Position numbers and translations under genes: made by a program
Assembly: GCF_048403405.1 (NCBI RefSeq)
Contig: NZ_CP183129.1
Strand: one strand, 5' to 3'
Origin: Escherichia coli
GTDB taxonomy: Bacteria; Pseudomonadota; Gammaproteobacteria; Enterobacterales; Enterobacteriaceae
DNA length: 64,000 nt
Notes under the pieces: model-generated
Database searches by the model: none
What the model was told of the DNA's origin: nothing
What the model saw: only the letters and a program-made list of their open reading frames with translations
Part shown: positions 1 to 10,979 of the stretch, piece by piece
Numbering within the stretch: position 1 is the stretch's first letter
How the letters are laid out: the number at the start of each line of letters is the position of its first letter

Positions 1-245
1 CCAAGCTGGAATTTGCCAAACTCAATGCCGCGCGGCGCATCTGCCGGACGCGGAGTGAACATCTGCCATTCGCCGTTAAAGTCTTCATCGATAAACGGGC
101 TGGCGGCGCGGAAGTCGACCACTTCCGTTCCGTGTTTCGGTGCGCCGAAACGCACGCGGATTTTCACTTCATTGGCTAAAATCGCCCGATCTTCATACTC
201 AACCAGCGCAGCAACACGCGGTGCTGTGGCTACTAACTTTTTCAT
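1..245 (-). CDS. ycjQ: YcjQ-like zinc-dependent dehydrogenase, N-terminal part only (gene runs off window start)
   Basis: Minus-strand ORF with ATG at 243-245; position upstream of ycjP matches ycjQ synteny; truncated by window edge. Confidence 0.65.
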   Translation of the reverse strand, partial: MKKLVATAPRVAALVEYEDRAILANEVKIRVRFGAPKHGTEVVDFRAASPFIDEDFNGEWQMFTPRPADAPRGIEFGKFQL

Positions 246-275
246 TTAAAACTCCTTGTAAAGAAACTGGCCGCT

Positions 276-1118
276 TTAGCCCTTCACGCCACCGGCGGTC
301 AAACCACTCTTAATAAAACGTTCCGAAAGCGCATACATAATCACCACCGGCAATGCGGTCACCAGTGAGGCCGCCATCATCCGTCCCCAGATGTAATCTG
401 GCGTACTGAACAGCGCGTTCAGGCCCACCGGTAAGGTGAAATTGCTGGCGCTGGAGAGGAAAATCGACGCAAACAGATAGTCGTTCCACGCCACCATAAA
501 GCAGTAGACGAACACGGATATCAGCCCGGACATCGCCAACGGCACGGTGATGCGGAAGATAATTTGCAGACGGTTGAGGCCATCCATCATCGCCGCTTCT
601 TCGATCTCATCGGGGATGGTGTCGAAGTAGCTTTTCAGCATAAACACGGCGGTGGGCAGAGTTTGCGTCACCATGGTGATGATCAGCGCCATCTCGGTGT
701 CGTAAATGCCCAGCGCGGTGATGATTTTGAACAGCGGCACCACCAGCAAAATGCCAGAGAACATATACACCGTGTAAAAGCTGGCATTGATGGTCATCCG
801 ACCTTTAAAGCGCAGGCGGGAAAGCGCGTAAGCCCCAAGAATGCCGAGGAATACCGCCACCACGGATGAAACCACCGACACCACCAGACTGTTACGGAAG
901 TAGTCGACAAACGGGAAAATCATCGGGTTAAAAATGTCGACGTAATGCTCCAGCGTCCACTGCTGCGGCAGCAGCGTAGGATGCAGTGAGATCGCCTCTT
1001 TCGCGCCCTTGAACGAGGTCATCAGCATCACAAAAAATGGAAACAGCGTGATGATGAGAAACAGCGCCAGCCCGCAGTAAAAACCGATGCGACTGAGTGT
1101 GCGTTTATTTGTTGCCAT
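276..1118 (-). CDS. ycjP: ABC sugar transporter permease
   Basis: 280-aa ORF with multiple TM segments and MalG-like permease signature; synteny ycjNOP. Confidence 0.88.
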   Translation of the reverse strand: MATNKRTLSRIGFYCGLALFLIITLFPFFVMLMTSFKGAKEAISLHPTLLPQQWTLEHYVDIFNPMIFPFVDYFRNSLVVSVVSSVVAVFLGILGAYALSRLRFKGRMTINASFYTVYMFSGILLVVPLFKIITALGIYDTEMALIITMVTQTLPTAVFMLKSYFDTIPDEIEEAAMMDGLNRLQIIFRITVPLAMSGLISVFVYCFMVAWNDYLFASIFLSSASNFTLPVGLNALFSTPDYIWGRMMAASLVTALPVVIMYALSERFIKSGLTAGGVKG

Positions 1119-1986
1119 TGAGGTTCACCCGTTTCCTGGTCAGCAGAATGACAGCGAAAATAATGATGAAGAGCACCACCGAGATCGCCGCCGCTTTTCC
1201 TAAATCATTAAAGGCAAAGGCGGTTTTGTAGAGATATACACCGAGAATATCGACCTTGGTCGTCAGCAGATAAACATCCGCGAACATGTAGAACATCCAG
1301 ATGGTGCGCAGGGTCACCACCGTCGCCAGGACCGGCATAATCGCGGGCAGCGTGACAATGCGAAACCGCTGCCAGGCATTAGCGCCATCCATCTCTGCCG
1401 CTTCGTACAACGATTTATCAATGGTCTGCAAAATCGCCAGAAACGAAATAAAGGCATAGGGGAAGTAGCGCCAGATGGCGAACAGCACCACCAGCACAAA
1501 GCTACTGCCCGGATTATCGAACCACAGCGGTGCCTGCTCATAGAGATGCAGAAGATCGACGCCGAGGTAGTTCACAATGCCGTAACCGTTGTTGAACATG
1601 TATTTCCAGGCGAACACCAGCGAAATAGACGGCGTTACGTAGGAGAGGATCACCAGCGAACGCGCGGTTTTGCGCAGGCGGAACTCGCGGTTGAAAAACA
1701 TCGCCACGGCCAGCCCGAGCACGGTGCTGCCCGTCACCACCAGTGTGGTATACCAGACCGTCATCCACAGCGAGTGCCAGAAGCCGGGATCGGAGAGAAT
1801 ACGCACGTAGTTGCTTACCCCAACAAACGTTGACTCGATGTTGGGATTGAGCGGCAGACGTAAAAAACTGATTTCGATATTCGACACCATCGGCCACGCC
1901 ACCAGACCGCCCAGCAGTAATAAGCTGGGCGCGAGAAGCAACAGCGCAAAGGGCATATCGGAACGACCTGAAAAAAGCCTGTTCAT
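1105..1986 (-). CDS. ycjO: ABC sugar transporter permease
   Basis: 293-aa ORF, MalF-like permease; overlaps ycjP start, operon arrangement. Confidence 0.88.
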   Translation of the reverse strand: MNRLFSGRSDMPFALLLLAPSLLLLGGLVAWPMVSNIEISFLRLPLNPNIESTFVGVSNYVRILSDPGFWHSLWMTVWYTTLVVTGSTVLGLAVAMFFNREFRLRKTARSLVILSYVTPSISLVFAWKYMFNNGYGIVNYLGVDLLHLYEQAPLWFDNPGSSFVLVVLFAIWRYFPYAFISFLAILQTIDKSLYEAAEMDGANAWQRFRIVTLPAIMPVLATVVTLRTIWMFYMFADVYLLTTKVDILGVYLYKTAFAFNDLGKAAAISVVLFIIIFAVILLTRKRVNLNGNK

Positions 1987-2006
1987 TGCGGATTCCTGTC
2001 CTGGGT

Positions 2007-3299
2007 TTAGTGCTGTTCAACCAACTCATCCAGCTTTTTCTGGCTCGTTTGCAGCGTGCCAGGGAGGTCGGCTTTACCCACGGTGACGTTATGCACCATG
2101 GAGCTCACCACGCCAGAACCCGTCACATCGCCCATGCGGGTAAAATTTTTATCCCCTACTGCGCCAAAGACCTGAATATTTGGCAGTTCGCTGATTAACT
2201 GATTTGGCAGCTCACCCAGCGCCTTAATAACGTCGTTGTCTTTCCAGGTGGCGGTAGTGACAACCGCTTTGTTCACCGGCAGCGCCGCGCCTGGCGACAT
2301 CATCACCCAGTCGGCAATGTTGTCTGCCTGCTCCATAAAGGTGACAAATTTTTCTGCTGCTTCCGTCTCTTCGGTCTTTTGCCCGGCGGTAATGGTCAGC
2401 GAGGTCAACATGCCGTAGACCGCAGAGTTTTTCTCGGTTGGCACCACGAAACCGACGTTTTTCGGATCGCCTTCTTTAATTACAGCCGGAAGGATATAGG
2501 TGGAGTAAATCGCCAGCGGCGCGGTGCCGTTCATAAAGGCGTCTTTCACTTCCATGATGTCGTTAGAACCCGGCATCGTGTTGGCGGCAAGGTCGCGGTA
2601 ATAGGTCAGCGCCTGCATCATCTCTGGGGTATCAAGGGTGATTTTGCCTTCTGCGTTAAAGACGTTGGCCTGGTTGGATAACGCAAACTGGGAGAAGGAT
2701 TGTTCCGTCAGTACGCTTTCTGCCGTCGGCAGTGCAATGCCGTATTTTTTATTCGCCGGGTCATTCAGTTTCTGTGCAACGTCCAGTAGCTGTTGCCAGT
2801 TTTTCGGCTCCTCCAGCCCCGCTTTTGCCAGCACATCTTTGCGATACCAGATGCCGCCAATCCAGGCACTCACAGGAACACCGGTCCATGCGCTACCATC
2901 TTCGGTGCGCACAATACGCAGTACGCCATCGTAAAACGCGCCTTCACCCACGTTGCTGATGACTGTGGCAACCGCTTTGCGATCGATAAGCTGCTCTTTG
3001 TCCATAACTTTGGCGTAGTCATGGCTGGTTTCGATCACTTCCGGCAGTGAGCCGCTACGTGACAGGGTTATGACTTTGGTGTTATAGGCATCTTCTTCCA
3101 CTGGCACTTGTTTAACGGTGATGCCCGAGTTTTCTTTTTCAAAACGGGCAATCAATTTACTGATAACGGCTTGACGCTCCTGCTCCACCGAAGAATGCAT
3201 AAATTCGATGGATACATGGGTTTTATTTTCTTCTTTACAGCCTGAAATCAGGGCGCAGGAAACCAGTGCTGATAACAGCACGATTTTTGATTTAATCAT
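2007..3299 (-). CDS. ycjN: ABC transporter periplasmic sugar-binding lipoprotein
   Basis: 430-aa ORF with signal peptide and lipobox (LISGC); synteny. Confidence 0.88.
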   Translation of the reverse strand: MIKSKIVLLSALVSCALISGCKEENKTHVSIEFMHSSVEQERQAVISKLIARFEKENSGITVKQVPVEEDAYNTKVITLSRSGSLPEVIETSHDYAKVMDKEQLIDRKAVATVISNVGEGAFYDGVLRIVRTEDGSAWTGVPVSAWIGGIWYRKDVLAKAGLEEPKNWQQLLDVAQKLNDPANKKYGIALPTAESVLTEQSFSQFALSNQANVFNAEGKITLDTPEMMQALTYYRDLAANTMPGSNDIMEVKDAFMNGTAPLAIYSTYILPAVIKEGDPKNVGFVVPTEKNSAVYGMLTSLTITAGQKTEETEAAEKFVTFMEQADNIADWVMMSPGAALPVNKAVVTTATWKDNDVIKALGELPNQLISELPNIQVFGAVGDKNFTRMGDVTGSGVVSSMVHNVTVGKADLPGTLQTSQKKLDELVEQH

Positions 3300-3313
3300 G
3301 AGATGTTCCTTTT

Positions 3314-4993
3314 TTATTTAATCCACATAACCTGCCAGGGGCGCAGCGTTATTTCATTACCCAATATATCAACTTCACTAATCAGATCCCGACCGTGCAG
3401 ATCAGTAATATTTATATGCTGAATATTTTCACTGACATTAAACAATCCTGTCAGACAATTACCATCCGCGTTGTTTCTTTGAATACGCATTACGGATGAA
3501 TTAACCGTGTCGATGGTAAAATCATTATCCGGATGAAACTCGTTATGACTGCAACGAAGTGTAATTAAACGCGACAACTGATGATATACCGCATGCCTTA
3601 ATGTATCTTCATCGTTCAGTTCTCGGGTTATCTCTTCATTGTGATATTTTTTACGGTTAATCGCACGGTTATATCCCAGTTTTTCGACACCTGCGTAATC
3701 ATTACGCGAGCCAAGAATACTTTGAATATATATCGCTGGCACACCGGGGAAACTTAACAAAATCGCATGGGCAAGGATAAACCTGGCACACCGCTCTTCA
3801 TCGCTACTCTCGCGGCGGCTTAACGCATCCATATAGGTGACATTTATTTCATAGGGACTGCGCGTACCGTCGGGATTATTTTTCCAGTTTACTAATGCAC
3901 CTTCCTGCTGTAACGCCTCGACCAGCGCTAATATTTCGCTTTCTGGTAACAAGCCACGCAGTGGGTTCAGCCCGATGCCATCGTGAGAGGCGAGGAAGTT
4001 AAACCAGGTGGTGTTGCTGGAAGGTAGTGTCAGGTTTTGCGCCCACGCACAAAGCGCCTCAACGTTCTGTTTTTGCACCGCATGCAGCACCAGCGGCGGC
4101 AGCGAGAACTGGTACACCATATGCGCTTCGTCATCGCCTTCGCCAAAGTAAGCAATGTTGTCTTTATGCGGAACATTGGTCTCGGTAATGATCACTGTAC
4201 CTGGTGCTACGTCATCAATAATCGACCGTAACAGCTTGATAATCAGATGTGTTTTTTCCAGATGGATGCAGCTTGTTCCTGGCTCTTTCCACATAAAGCC
4301 AACGGCATCCAGCCGGACATATTCTGCGCCCTTTTCCAGGTAGCACAGCAATACATCCACCATCGCCAGCAACACTTCAGGGCTACGGTAATTGAGGTCA
4401 ATTTGATCGTCGCTAAAGGTGGTCCATAAATGGCGCGTGGAATTATCATCCATTTGAAACGGTGTTAATAGCGGTAACGCACGCGGACGGGTGACGGCGC
4501 TGAGATCGGTTTGCGGATCAACAGCAATAAAAAAATCTTCAAAACCTGGCTGCTGTTGTAAATAGTTTTTAAACCATTCACTTTTTGCCGACATATGGTT
4601 GCAGACAAAATCAAACATTAAATGACTGCATTCACCGAGTTGCTGAATATCCTGCCACTCCCCCGCTTCACTGGCGACCTGATGATAATCAATTACCGAA
4701 AACCCATCATCAGATGACCATGGATAAAAAGGTAATAAATGAACATGTGAAAAAATGCTTTGCAGCCATTGATGGTAAAACTGATTAAATGTGGGTAGTG
4801 GTTTTAAATCATTACTGTGAAATTGATCAGCATAGGTAATTAACACGACATCACTTTCATCCCAGTGTTTTTTACGTCGCTGTGTAATTAATCGTTTCGC
4901 ACTCTCAAGACGCGTTACAAGTTTCTGTAAATGAGTCGCGGTAAATGTTCCACCGTAGATTTCGTCCAGGTAATCCGTAATTTTCTGTTTCAT
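3314..4993 (-). CDS. ycjM: GH13 sucrose-phosphorylase-like enzyme (glucosylglycerate phosphorylase)
   Basis: ORF track 3314..5020; start refined to internal ATG at 4991-4993 giving 559 aa, matching YcjM. Confidence 0.82.
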   Translation of the reverse strand: MKQKITDYLDEIYGGTFTATHLQKLVTRLESAKRLITQRRKKHWDESDVVLITYADQFHSNDLKPLPTFNQFYHQWLQSIFSHVHLLPFYPWSSDDGFSVIDYHQVASEAGEWQDIQQLGECSHLMFDFVCNHMSAKSEWFKNYLQQQPGFEDFFIAVDPQTDLSAVTRPRALPLLTPFQMDDNSTRHLWTTFSDDQIDLNYRSPEVLLAMVDVLLCYLEKGAEYVRLDAVGFMWKEPGTSCIHLEKTHLIIKLLRSIIDDVAPGTVIITETNVPHKDNIAYFGEGDDEAHMVYQFSLPPLVLHAVQKQNVEALCAWAQNLTLPSSNTTWFNFLASHDGIGLNPLRGLLPESEILALVEALQQEGALVNWKNNPDGTRSPYEINVTYMDALSRRESSDEERCARFILAHAILLSFPGVPAIYIQSILGSRNDYAGVEKLGYNRAINRKKYHNEEITRELNDEDTLRHAVYHQLSRLITLRCSHNEFHPDNDFTIDTVNSSVMRIQRNNADGNCLTGLFNVSENIQHINITDLHGRDLISEVDILGNEITLRPWQVMWIK

Positions 4994-5160
4994 GTTGCCT
5001 TTCCGTGGTAGCGGTCCCATGAAACGAGAGACTACTCCGCAGAAAATAAACTGTCAATTGAGTACAAGGGTTTTAGTCACGCAGGAAATCATTTTTTACC
5101 AGGGAAAAAGCGTATTTGTGAGCTGACGCAAATAATCTATGGGGATGTAAATAAGGTGTG

Positions 5161-5190
5161 ACAGAAAAAGTAAACGGCGCATAAGCGCCG
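5161..5190 (-). terminator. Intrinsic terminator downstream of pspE
   Basis: GC hairpin cggcgc-ataa-gcgccg followed on the minus strand by a T-rich run, directly after the pspE stop. Confidence 0.5.
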
Positions 5191-5206
5191 CTTAGGGTGG
5201 ATTCTT

Positions 5207-5521
5207 TTAACCTTTGACCTTCGGCATTGCGATGTCTTTCAGGCCACCGGCGTTCTCAACGTGGGTATATCCCATCTCGCTAAGGATCTCTTTTGCCTGC
5301 CCTGACTGGCGTCCGGCATTGCAATACACTTTCACGGTGTCGTTTTTATCCGGAACGGCGGTGGCAATGCGCTCTTTTACTTCCTTCAGGGGAATATTGA
5401 TGGCTCCCTGAACGTGCTCTTGCTGATACTGCTCTGGAACACGAACATCGATCCAGTGTTCAGCGGCGAAAACGGGCAGTGAAAACACCAGTGTCAGAGC
5501 AAGTAAGCCTTTTTTAAACAT
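5207..5521 (-). CDS. pspE: Periplasmic rhodanese (thiosulfate sulfurtransferase)
   Basis: 104-aa ORF with signal peptide and rhodanese active-site Cys (CNAGRQS); last gene of psp operon. Confidence 0.9.
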   Translation of the reverse strand: MFKKGLLALTLVFSLPVFAAEHWIDVRVPEQYQQEHVQGAINIPLKEVKERIATAVPDKNDTVKVYCNAGRQSGQAKEILSEMGYTHVENAGGLKDIAMPKVKG

Positions 5522-5595
5522 GTAAGCGTCCTTCTATGGATGAAAATTGCCATCCATAATATGCCTTAGCTTTAACAATTTTTGCGAAACTCCCC

Positions 5596-5817
5596 TCACC
5601 TTTTATAACGCTGCGCCAGTTTATTGGCAGCCCGACTTAACAGCGGTTCCAGCGCCACGGCCAGCAACATTTTCAGTGGTCGGCGAGCAACTGATTTTAT
5701 CGCCCAGCCAGCTACACCCGCCGGGCCATAGCGCAGTGCGGTAAGAAGTACCAGCTTGCCTGCTAATTTGAAACCAGGCTTCACCTTTTGCCCGGCCTGT
5801 TGCCAGCGAGTATTCAT
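5596..5817 (-). CDS. pspD: Phage shock protein D
   Basis: ORF track 5596..5829 (GTG start); refined to ATG at 5815-5817 giving 73 aa MNTRWQQ..., matches PspD. Confidence 0.8.
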
Positions 5818-5825
5818 AACTTTCC

Positions 5826-6185
5826 TCACAGTTGACGGAAACGGCTACGTAACGTGAAAGTATCGGAAGTGACATAACGTTCCATCTCGCGTAAAGGCGT
5901 TTCACTTGCCGCCAGTTCACGGTCGACTTCATCCAGCAATTCGCTGCTGGAAGGTAGCTGCTCACCAAAGGCCATGTTGTCCGGCATTGGATCAAGCGCA
6001 AATGACAAAATGATGTAAGCAACCAGGGTAAACAGCGCCAGACCGAAGAAAATCGACAGCACCACCAGGATACGCACCAGTTTTACCGGTACATCAAAAT
6101 AGTTGGCAATCCCGGCGCAGACGCCGCGTACCATGCCCCGCTGTGGAATACGCCATAATTTTTTATTGAGATTAATGCCCGCCAT
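5826..6185 (-). CDS. pspC: Phage shock protein C
   Basis: 119-aa ORF, single TM segment, overlaps pspB stop; operon order. Confidence 0.9.
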
Positions 6186-6409
6186 TAGCGATCCCTCCAG
6201 TTCGGATGTTCTGCATCAAGAATGGATTCCAGCGCCTGAATACGTTCGCGCATCCGTTTTGCTTCATCAGCCAGTTGCGCTAATCGCTGCTGCTCACTTT
6301 GCGACAATTCACTGCGACCAGAACGATTGCTGTAATGCAGCCATAACCAGATCGGTAAAACAAACAGCACAAAAATGGTTAACGGAATAGCCAGAAATAG
6401 CGCGCTCAT
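6185..6409 (-). CDS. pspB: Phage shock protein B
   Basis: 74-aa ORF with N-terminal TM helix; operon order. Confidence 0.9.
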   Translation of the reverse strand: MSALFLAIPLTIFVLFVLPIWLWLHYSNRSGRSELSQSEQQRLAQLADEAKRMRERIQALESILDAEHPNWRDR

Positions 6410-6462
6410 AAGGACTCCTTAGACGATGAGCGGCGGCGCGTTCGGACGCCGCCGGGATGTTA

Positions 6463-7203
<741 letters not shown>

Positions 7204-7297
7204 TTATCTTTTTGATTTATAAAGATCTGATTGAAGAATCAACAGCAACATGCCAGGATGAGTTAGCGAATTACACTAACAAGTGGCGAATTTCATC

Positions 7298-8275
7298 ATG
7301 GCAGAATACAAAGATAATTTACTCGGTGAGGCGAACAGCTTTCTCGAAGTGCTGGAACAGGTTTCGCATCTCGCACCGCTGGACAAACCGGTGCTCATCA
7401 TCGGCGAGCGCGGCACAGGTAAAGAGCTCATTGCCAGCCGTCTGCATTATCTCTCCTCCCGTTGGCAGGGGCCGTTTATTTCCCTTAACTGCGCGGCGTT
7501 AAATGAAAATCTGCTGGATTCCGAACTGTTTGGTCACGAAGCGGGCGCGTTTACCGGTGCGCAAAAACGTCATCCAGGGAGATTTGAACGTGCCGACGGC
7601 GGTACGCTATTTCTTGATGAACTCGCTACGGCACCGATGATGGTGCAGGAGAAATTATTGCGCGTGATTGAGTACGGTGAACTGGAGCGCGTCGGCGGCA
7701 GCCAGCCATTGCAGGTGAATGTACGGTTGGTATGCGCGACGAATGCCGATCTCCCGGCGATGGTCAATGAAGGTACTTTTCGCGCTGACCTACTCGACCG
7801 GCTGGCTTTCGATGTAGTGCAACTGCCGCCCCTGCGCGAGCGCGAAAGCGACATTATGCTGATGGCAGAACACTTTGCCATTCAGATGTGTCGGGAAATC
7901 AAGCTGCCTCTGTTCCCGGGGTTTACGGAGCGCGCCAGAGAAACATTGCTGAATTATCGCTGGCCGGGAAATATTCGTGAATTGAAAAACGTGGTGGAAC
8001 GTTCAGTGTATCGCCACGGCACCAGCGATTATCCGCTTGATGACATCATTATTGATCCCTTTAAACGGCGTCCGCCTGAAGACGCTATCGCCGTTTCAGA
8101 AACCACCTCGCTTCCAACACTGCCGCTGGATTTACGTGAGTTTCAGATGCAGCAGGAAAAAGAGTTGCTGCAACTCAGTTTGCAACAAGGGAAATATAAC
8201 CAGAAGCGCGCGGCTGAATTGCTGGGGTTAACCTATCATCAGTTCCGCGCGTTGTTGAAAAAGCACCAGATTTAG
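7298..8275 (+). CDS. pspF: Sigma-54-dependent transcriptional activator PspF
   Basis: AAA+ sigma-54 activator motifs (GERGTGKE, GAFTGA) and C-terminal HTH; start refined to ATG 7298 (325 aa). Confidence 0.9.
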   Translation: MAEYKDNLLGEANSFLEVLEQVSHLAPLDKPVLIIGERGTGKELIASRLHYLSSRWQGPFISLNCAALNENLLDSELFGHEAGAFTGAQKRHPGRFERADGGTLFLDELATAPMMVQEKLLRVIEYGELERVGGSQPLQVNVRLVCATNADLPAMVNEGTFRADLLDRLAFDVVQLPPLRERESDIMLMAEHFAIQMCREIKLPLFPGFTERARETLLNYRWPGNIRELKNVVERSVYRHGTSDYPLDDIIIDPFKRRPPEDAIAVSETTSLPTLPLDLREFQMQQEKELLQLSLQQGKYNQKRAAELLGLTYHQFRALLKKHQI

Positions 8276-8296
8276 CGAAGTTGGGCAATACAACTT

Positions 8297-8377
8297 GCCG
8301 GATGCGGCGTGAACGCCTTATCCGGCATACATAATCAATACGTCGTTTGCAGGCCTGATAAGCGCAGCGTATCAGAC
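8297..8377. repeat. REP/BIME-like palindromic elements in the pspF-puuE convergent intergenic region
   Basis: GCCGGATGCGGCGTGAACGCCTTATCCGGC (8297-8326) plus a second GCCTGATAAGCGCAGCGTATCAG palindrome; typical E. coli REP sequence style. Confidence 0.45.
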
Positions 8378-8394
8378 ATTATTGCGTTGGGCTA

Positions 8395-9660
8395 TTAATC
8401 GCTCAGCGCATCCTGCAAAATTTTCATTGCCGCATCGAATTGCGCATCCGGGATGGTCAGCGGATACAGGAAACGAATCACGTTGCCGTATGCGCCACAG
8501 GTCAGTAGAAGCAGCCCCTGCGCCAGCGCGCGTTGCTGGATTTTCTGTGCAATCGCCGCTGACGGCTCGCCCGTTTGCGGATCGTTAAACTCTGCCGCAA
8601 TCATAGACCCCAGACCGCGTACCGCCGCGATGGCCGGAACGCTTTCTTTGGCATCAATCAACGTGTTTGTCAGGCGCTGGCCCAGTTGATTCGCGCGTTC
8701 ACAGAGTGATTCTTTGTCGATAATGTTGAGCACAGCGTGCGCGGCAGCCACCGCCAGCGGGTTCCCGGCGTAGGTACCACCCAACCCGCCCGGCGCGGGC
8801 GCGTCCATAATATTCGCGTTACCGACCACGCCCGAAAGCGGCATCCCGCCCGCGAGGCTTTTCGCCATCGTCATTAAGTCCGGCTTATCGGCGTAGTGAT
8901 CCATGGCAAACAGTTTACCGGTACGCGCAAAGCCGCTTTGCACTTCATCGGCAATCATCACAATGCCGTGCTCGTCGCACAGGCGGCGAATGGCGGCAAC
9001 CAGCTCTGTTGGTGCAACGTTGAAACCGCCTTCGCCCTGCACCGGTTCGAAAATAATCGCCGCCACCTGCTTCGCTTCAATGTCCGATTTAAACAAGCGT
9101 TCGATGGCGTCGAGAGAGTCCTGCGTTGAAACGCCATGTAAATCTGACGGATAAGGTACGTGATATACCGAACCGGGGAACGGGCCGAAGCCGATTTTGT
9201 ACGGCGCGACCTTTCCGGTCAGCGCCATGGTCATATATGTACGACCGTGGAAGCCGCCGCTAAACGCAATCACGCCAGGGCGTCCGGTATGGGCGCGGGC
9301 GATTTTCACCGCGTTCTCCACCGCTTCCGCACCGGTGGTGAAGAACGCAGTTTTAGCCTGCCCGCTCACCGGGGCAAGGGCGTTAATTTTCTCCGCCAGG
9401 GTGACGTAGCTTTCGTACGGCACAATCTGATACGCCGTGTGGGTAAACTGTTGCAATTGCTGCTCCACCGCCGCGACCAGATCAGGGTGGCGATGCCCGG
9501 TATTCAGCACCGCAATGCCTGCGGCGAAATCGATGTATTCGTTGCCCTCTACATCCTTCAGCGTGGCGTTTTCTGCCGACTGGGCGAAGAAGTTACACAT
9601 CACGCCAACCCCGCGTGGGGTAGCAGAAAGACGACGCTGATGGAATTCATTGTTGCTCAT
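8395..9660 (-). CDS. puuE: 4-aminobutyrate aminotransferase (PLP-dependent)
   Basis: 421-aa class-III aminotransferase ORF; synteny in puu cluster. Confidence 0.88.
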   Translation of the reverse strand: MSNNEFHQRRLSATPRGVGVMCNFFAQSAENATLKDVEGNEYIDFAAGIAVLNTGHRHPDLVAAVEQQLQQFTHTAYQIVPYESYVTLAEKINALAPVSGQAKTAFFTTGAEAVENAVKIARAHTGRPGVIAFSGGFHGRTYMTMALTGKVAPYKIGFGPFPGSVYHVPYPSDLHGVSTQDSLDAIERLFKSDIEAKQVAAIIFEPVQGEGGFNVAPTELVAAIRRLCDEHGIVMIADEVQSGFARTGKLFAMDHYADKPDLMTMAKSLAGGMPLSGVVGNANIMDAPAPGGLGGTYAGNPLAVAAAHAVLNIIDKESLCERANQLGQRLTNTLIDAKESVPAIAAVRGLGSMIAAEFNDPQTGEPSAAIAQKIQQRALAQGLLLLTCGAYGNVIRFLYPLTIPDAQFDAAMKILQDALSD

Positions 9661-9697
9661 GTTTCACACCTTTTGACTCTTCACTGTTAATCGGAAA

Positions 9698-10978
9698 TTA
9701 AACGCCCAGACGATCGCGCAGGCTGTAATAAGCCGCGCCCATCGCGGTAAACGGAACGCGCAGCGTGCGCCCGCCGGGGAACGGGTAATGCGGCAGATTG
9801 GCGAAGGCGTCGAAGCGCTCGGCGTCACCGCGCAGCAGTTCAGCAATCAAACGCCCGGCGAGGTGGGTACAGGTGACGCCGTGGCCGCTGTAGCCCTGCA
9901 TGTAGTAGATGTTGGTATCGAGGCGACCAAACTGCGGCATGCGTGACAGGGTCAGCAGGAAGTTGCCCGTCCAGCGGTAATCAATTTTCACGCCCTTCAG
10001 TTGCGGGAAGGTTTTCAGCAGTTTCGGCACCACAAGGCGCTCAACATCGTCCGGGTCGCGTGCGCCGTAGACCACGCCGCCGCCGTACAGCAGGCGGTTA
10101 TCGGCAGTCAGACGGTAGTAATCAAGCAGATAGTTACAGTCTTCAACGCAGTAGTTTTTCGGGATCAGCGAACGGGCTAAATCATCGGAAAGCCGCTCGG
10201 TGGTGATCACCTGCGTGCCGCACGGCATGCTGCGTTTCGCCAGTTCCGGTTCCACTTTATCGCCCAGATACGCATTCCCGGCGACAATCACGTATTTCGC
10301 CGTCACCTGACCTTTGGCAGTTCGCACAACGGCTGGCGTGGTGTGCTGGATCTGCGTCACGGCAGAAAGTTCATACACGCGCCCGCCGTTCAGGCGGATG
10401 GCGTCCGCTTCGCCAATGGCGAGGTTTAGCGGATGAATATGCCCACCGCTGTGATCCAGCAGCGCACCAGTGTAGCGATCGCTGGCGACCTCGCGGCGAA
10501 TAGCGTTGGCGTCCAGCAGCTCCAGCTGTTTATTGCCGTAGCGTTCCCAGTTCTCTTTCTGCTCTTCGAGTGTGGCGAGCTGTTTATCATTCATCGCCAC
10601 AAACAGGCCGCCGGGGCGGTAGTCGCAGTCAATCTGATAACGTTTGATACGTTCGCGGATGATCTCGCCGCCTTCGAACATCATGCTGCCGAGCATACGG
10701 GCGGTGTCCATGCCGTAGTTTTTTTCAATGACGTCGATGTCGCGGCTGTAGGAGTTCACAAGCTGCCCGCCGTTGCGTCCGCTTGCGCCGAAGCCGATGC
10801 GTGAGGCTTCAAGAACCACCACGTCAAAGCCCGCTTCCGCCAGATGCAGCGCGGAAGAAAGCCCGGTATAGCCGCCGCCGACCACGCAAACATCGCAGGA
10901 AATCGACTCATTCAGCGTGTCGAATGGTGCGTATTTATTCGCACTGGCGGCGTAATAACTGCTGGTATGTTCGGTCAT
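9698..10978 (-). CDS. puuB: Gamma-glutamylputrescine oxidase (FAD-dependent)
   Basis: 426-aa ORF with N-terminal FAD-binding GxGxxG (VVGGGYTG); synteny. Confidence 0.88.
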   Translation of the reverse strand: MTEHTSSYYAASANKYAPFDTLNESISCDVCVVGGGYTGLSSALHLAEAGFDVVVLEASRIGFGASGRNGGQLVNSYSRDIDVIEKNYGMDTARMLGSMMFEGGEIIRERIKRYQIDCDYRPGGLFVAMNDKQLATLEEQKENWERYGNKQLELLDANAIRREVASDRYTGALLDHSGGHIHPLNLAIGEADAIRLNGGRVYELSAVTQIQHTTPAVVRTAKGQVTAKYVIVAGNAYLGDKVEPELAKRSMPCGTQVITTERLSDDLARSLIPKNYCVEDCNYLLDYYRLTADNRLLYGGGVVYGARDPDDVERLVVPKLLKTFPQLKGVKIDYRWTGNFLLTLSRMPQFGRLDTNIYYMQGYSGHGVTCTHLAGRLIAELLRGDAERFDAFANLPHYPFPGGRTLRVPFTAMGAAYYSLRDRLGV

Positions 10979-10979
10979 T

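Noticed and set aside
564-869. Numerous 60-160 aa ORFs lying antisense to or embedded in long recognised genes (e.g. 564..869+, 1314..1541-, 4037..4231+, 10433..10804+, 31256..32014-, 50393..51142+)
   Set aside because: They are entirely contained within well-supported genes on the opposite strand or in another frame and have Arg/Pro/Ser-rich compositions typical of shadow ORFs in GC-balanced DNA.
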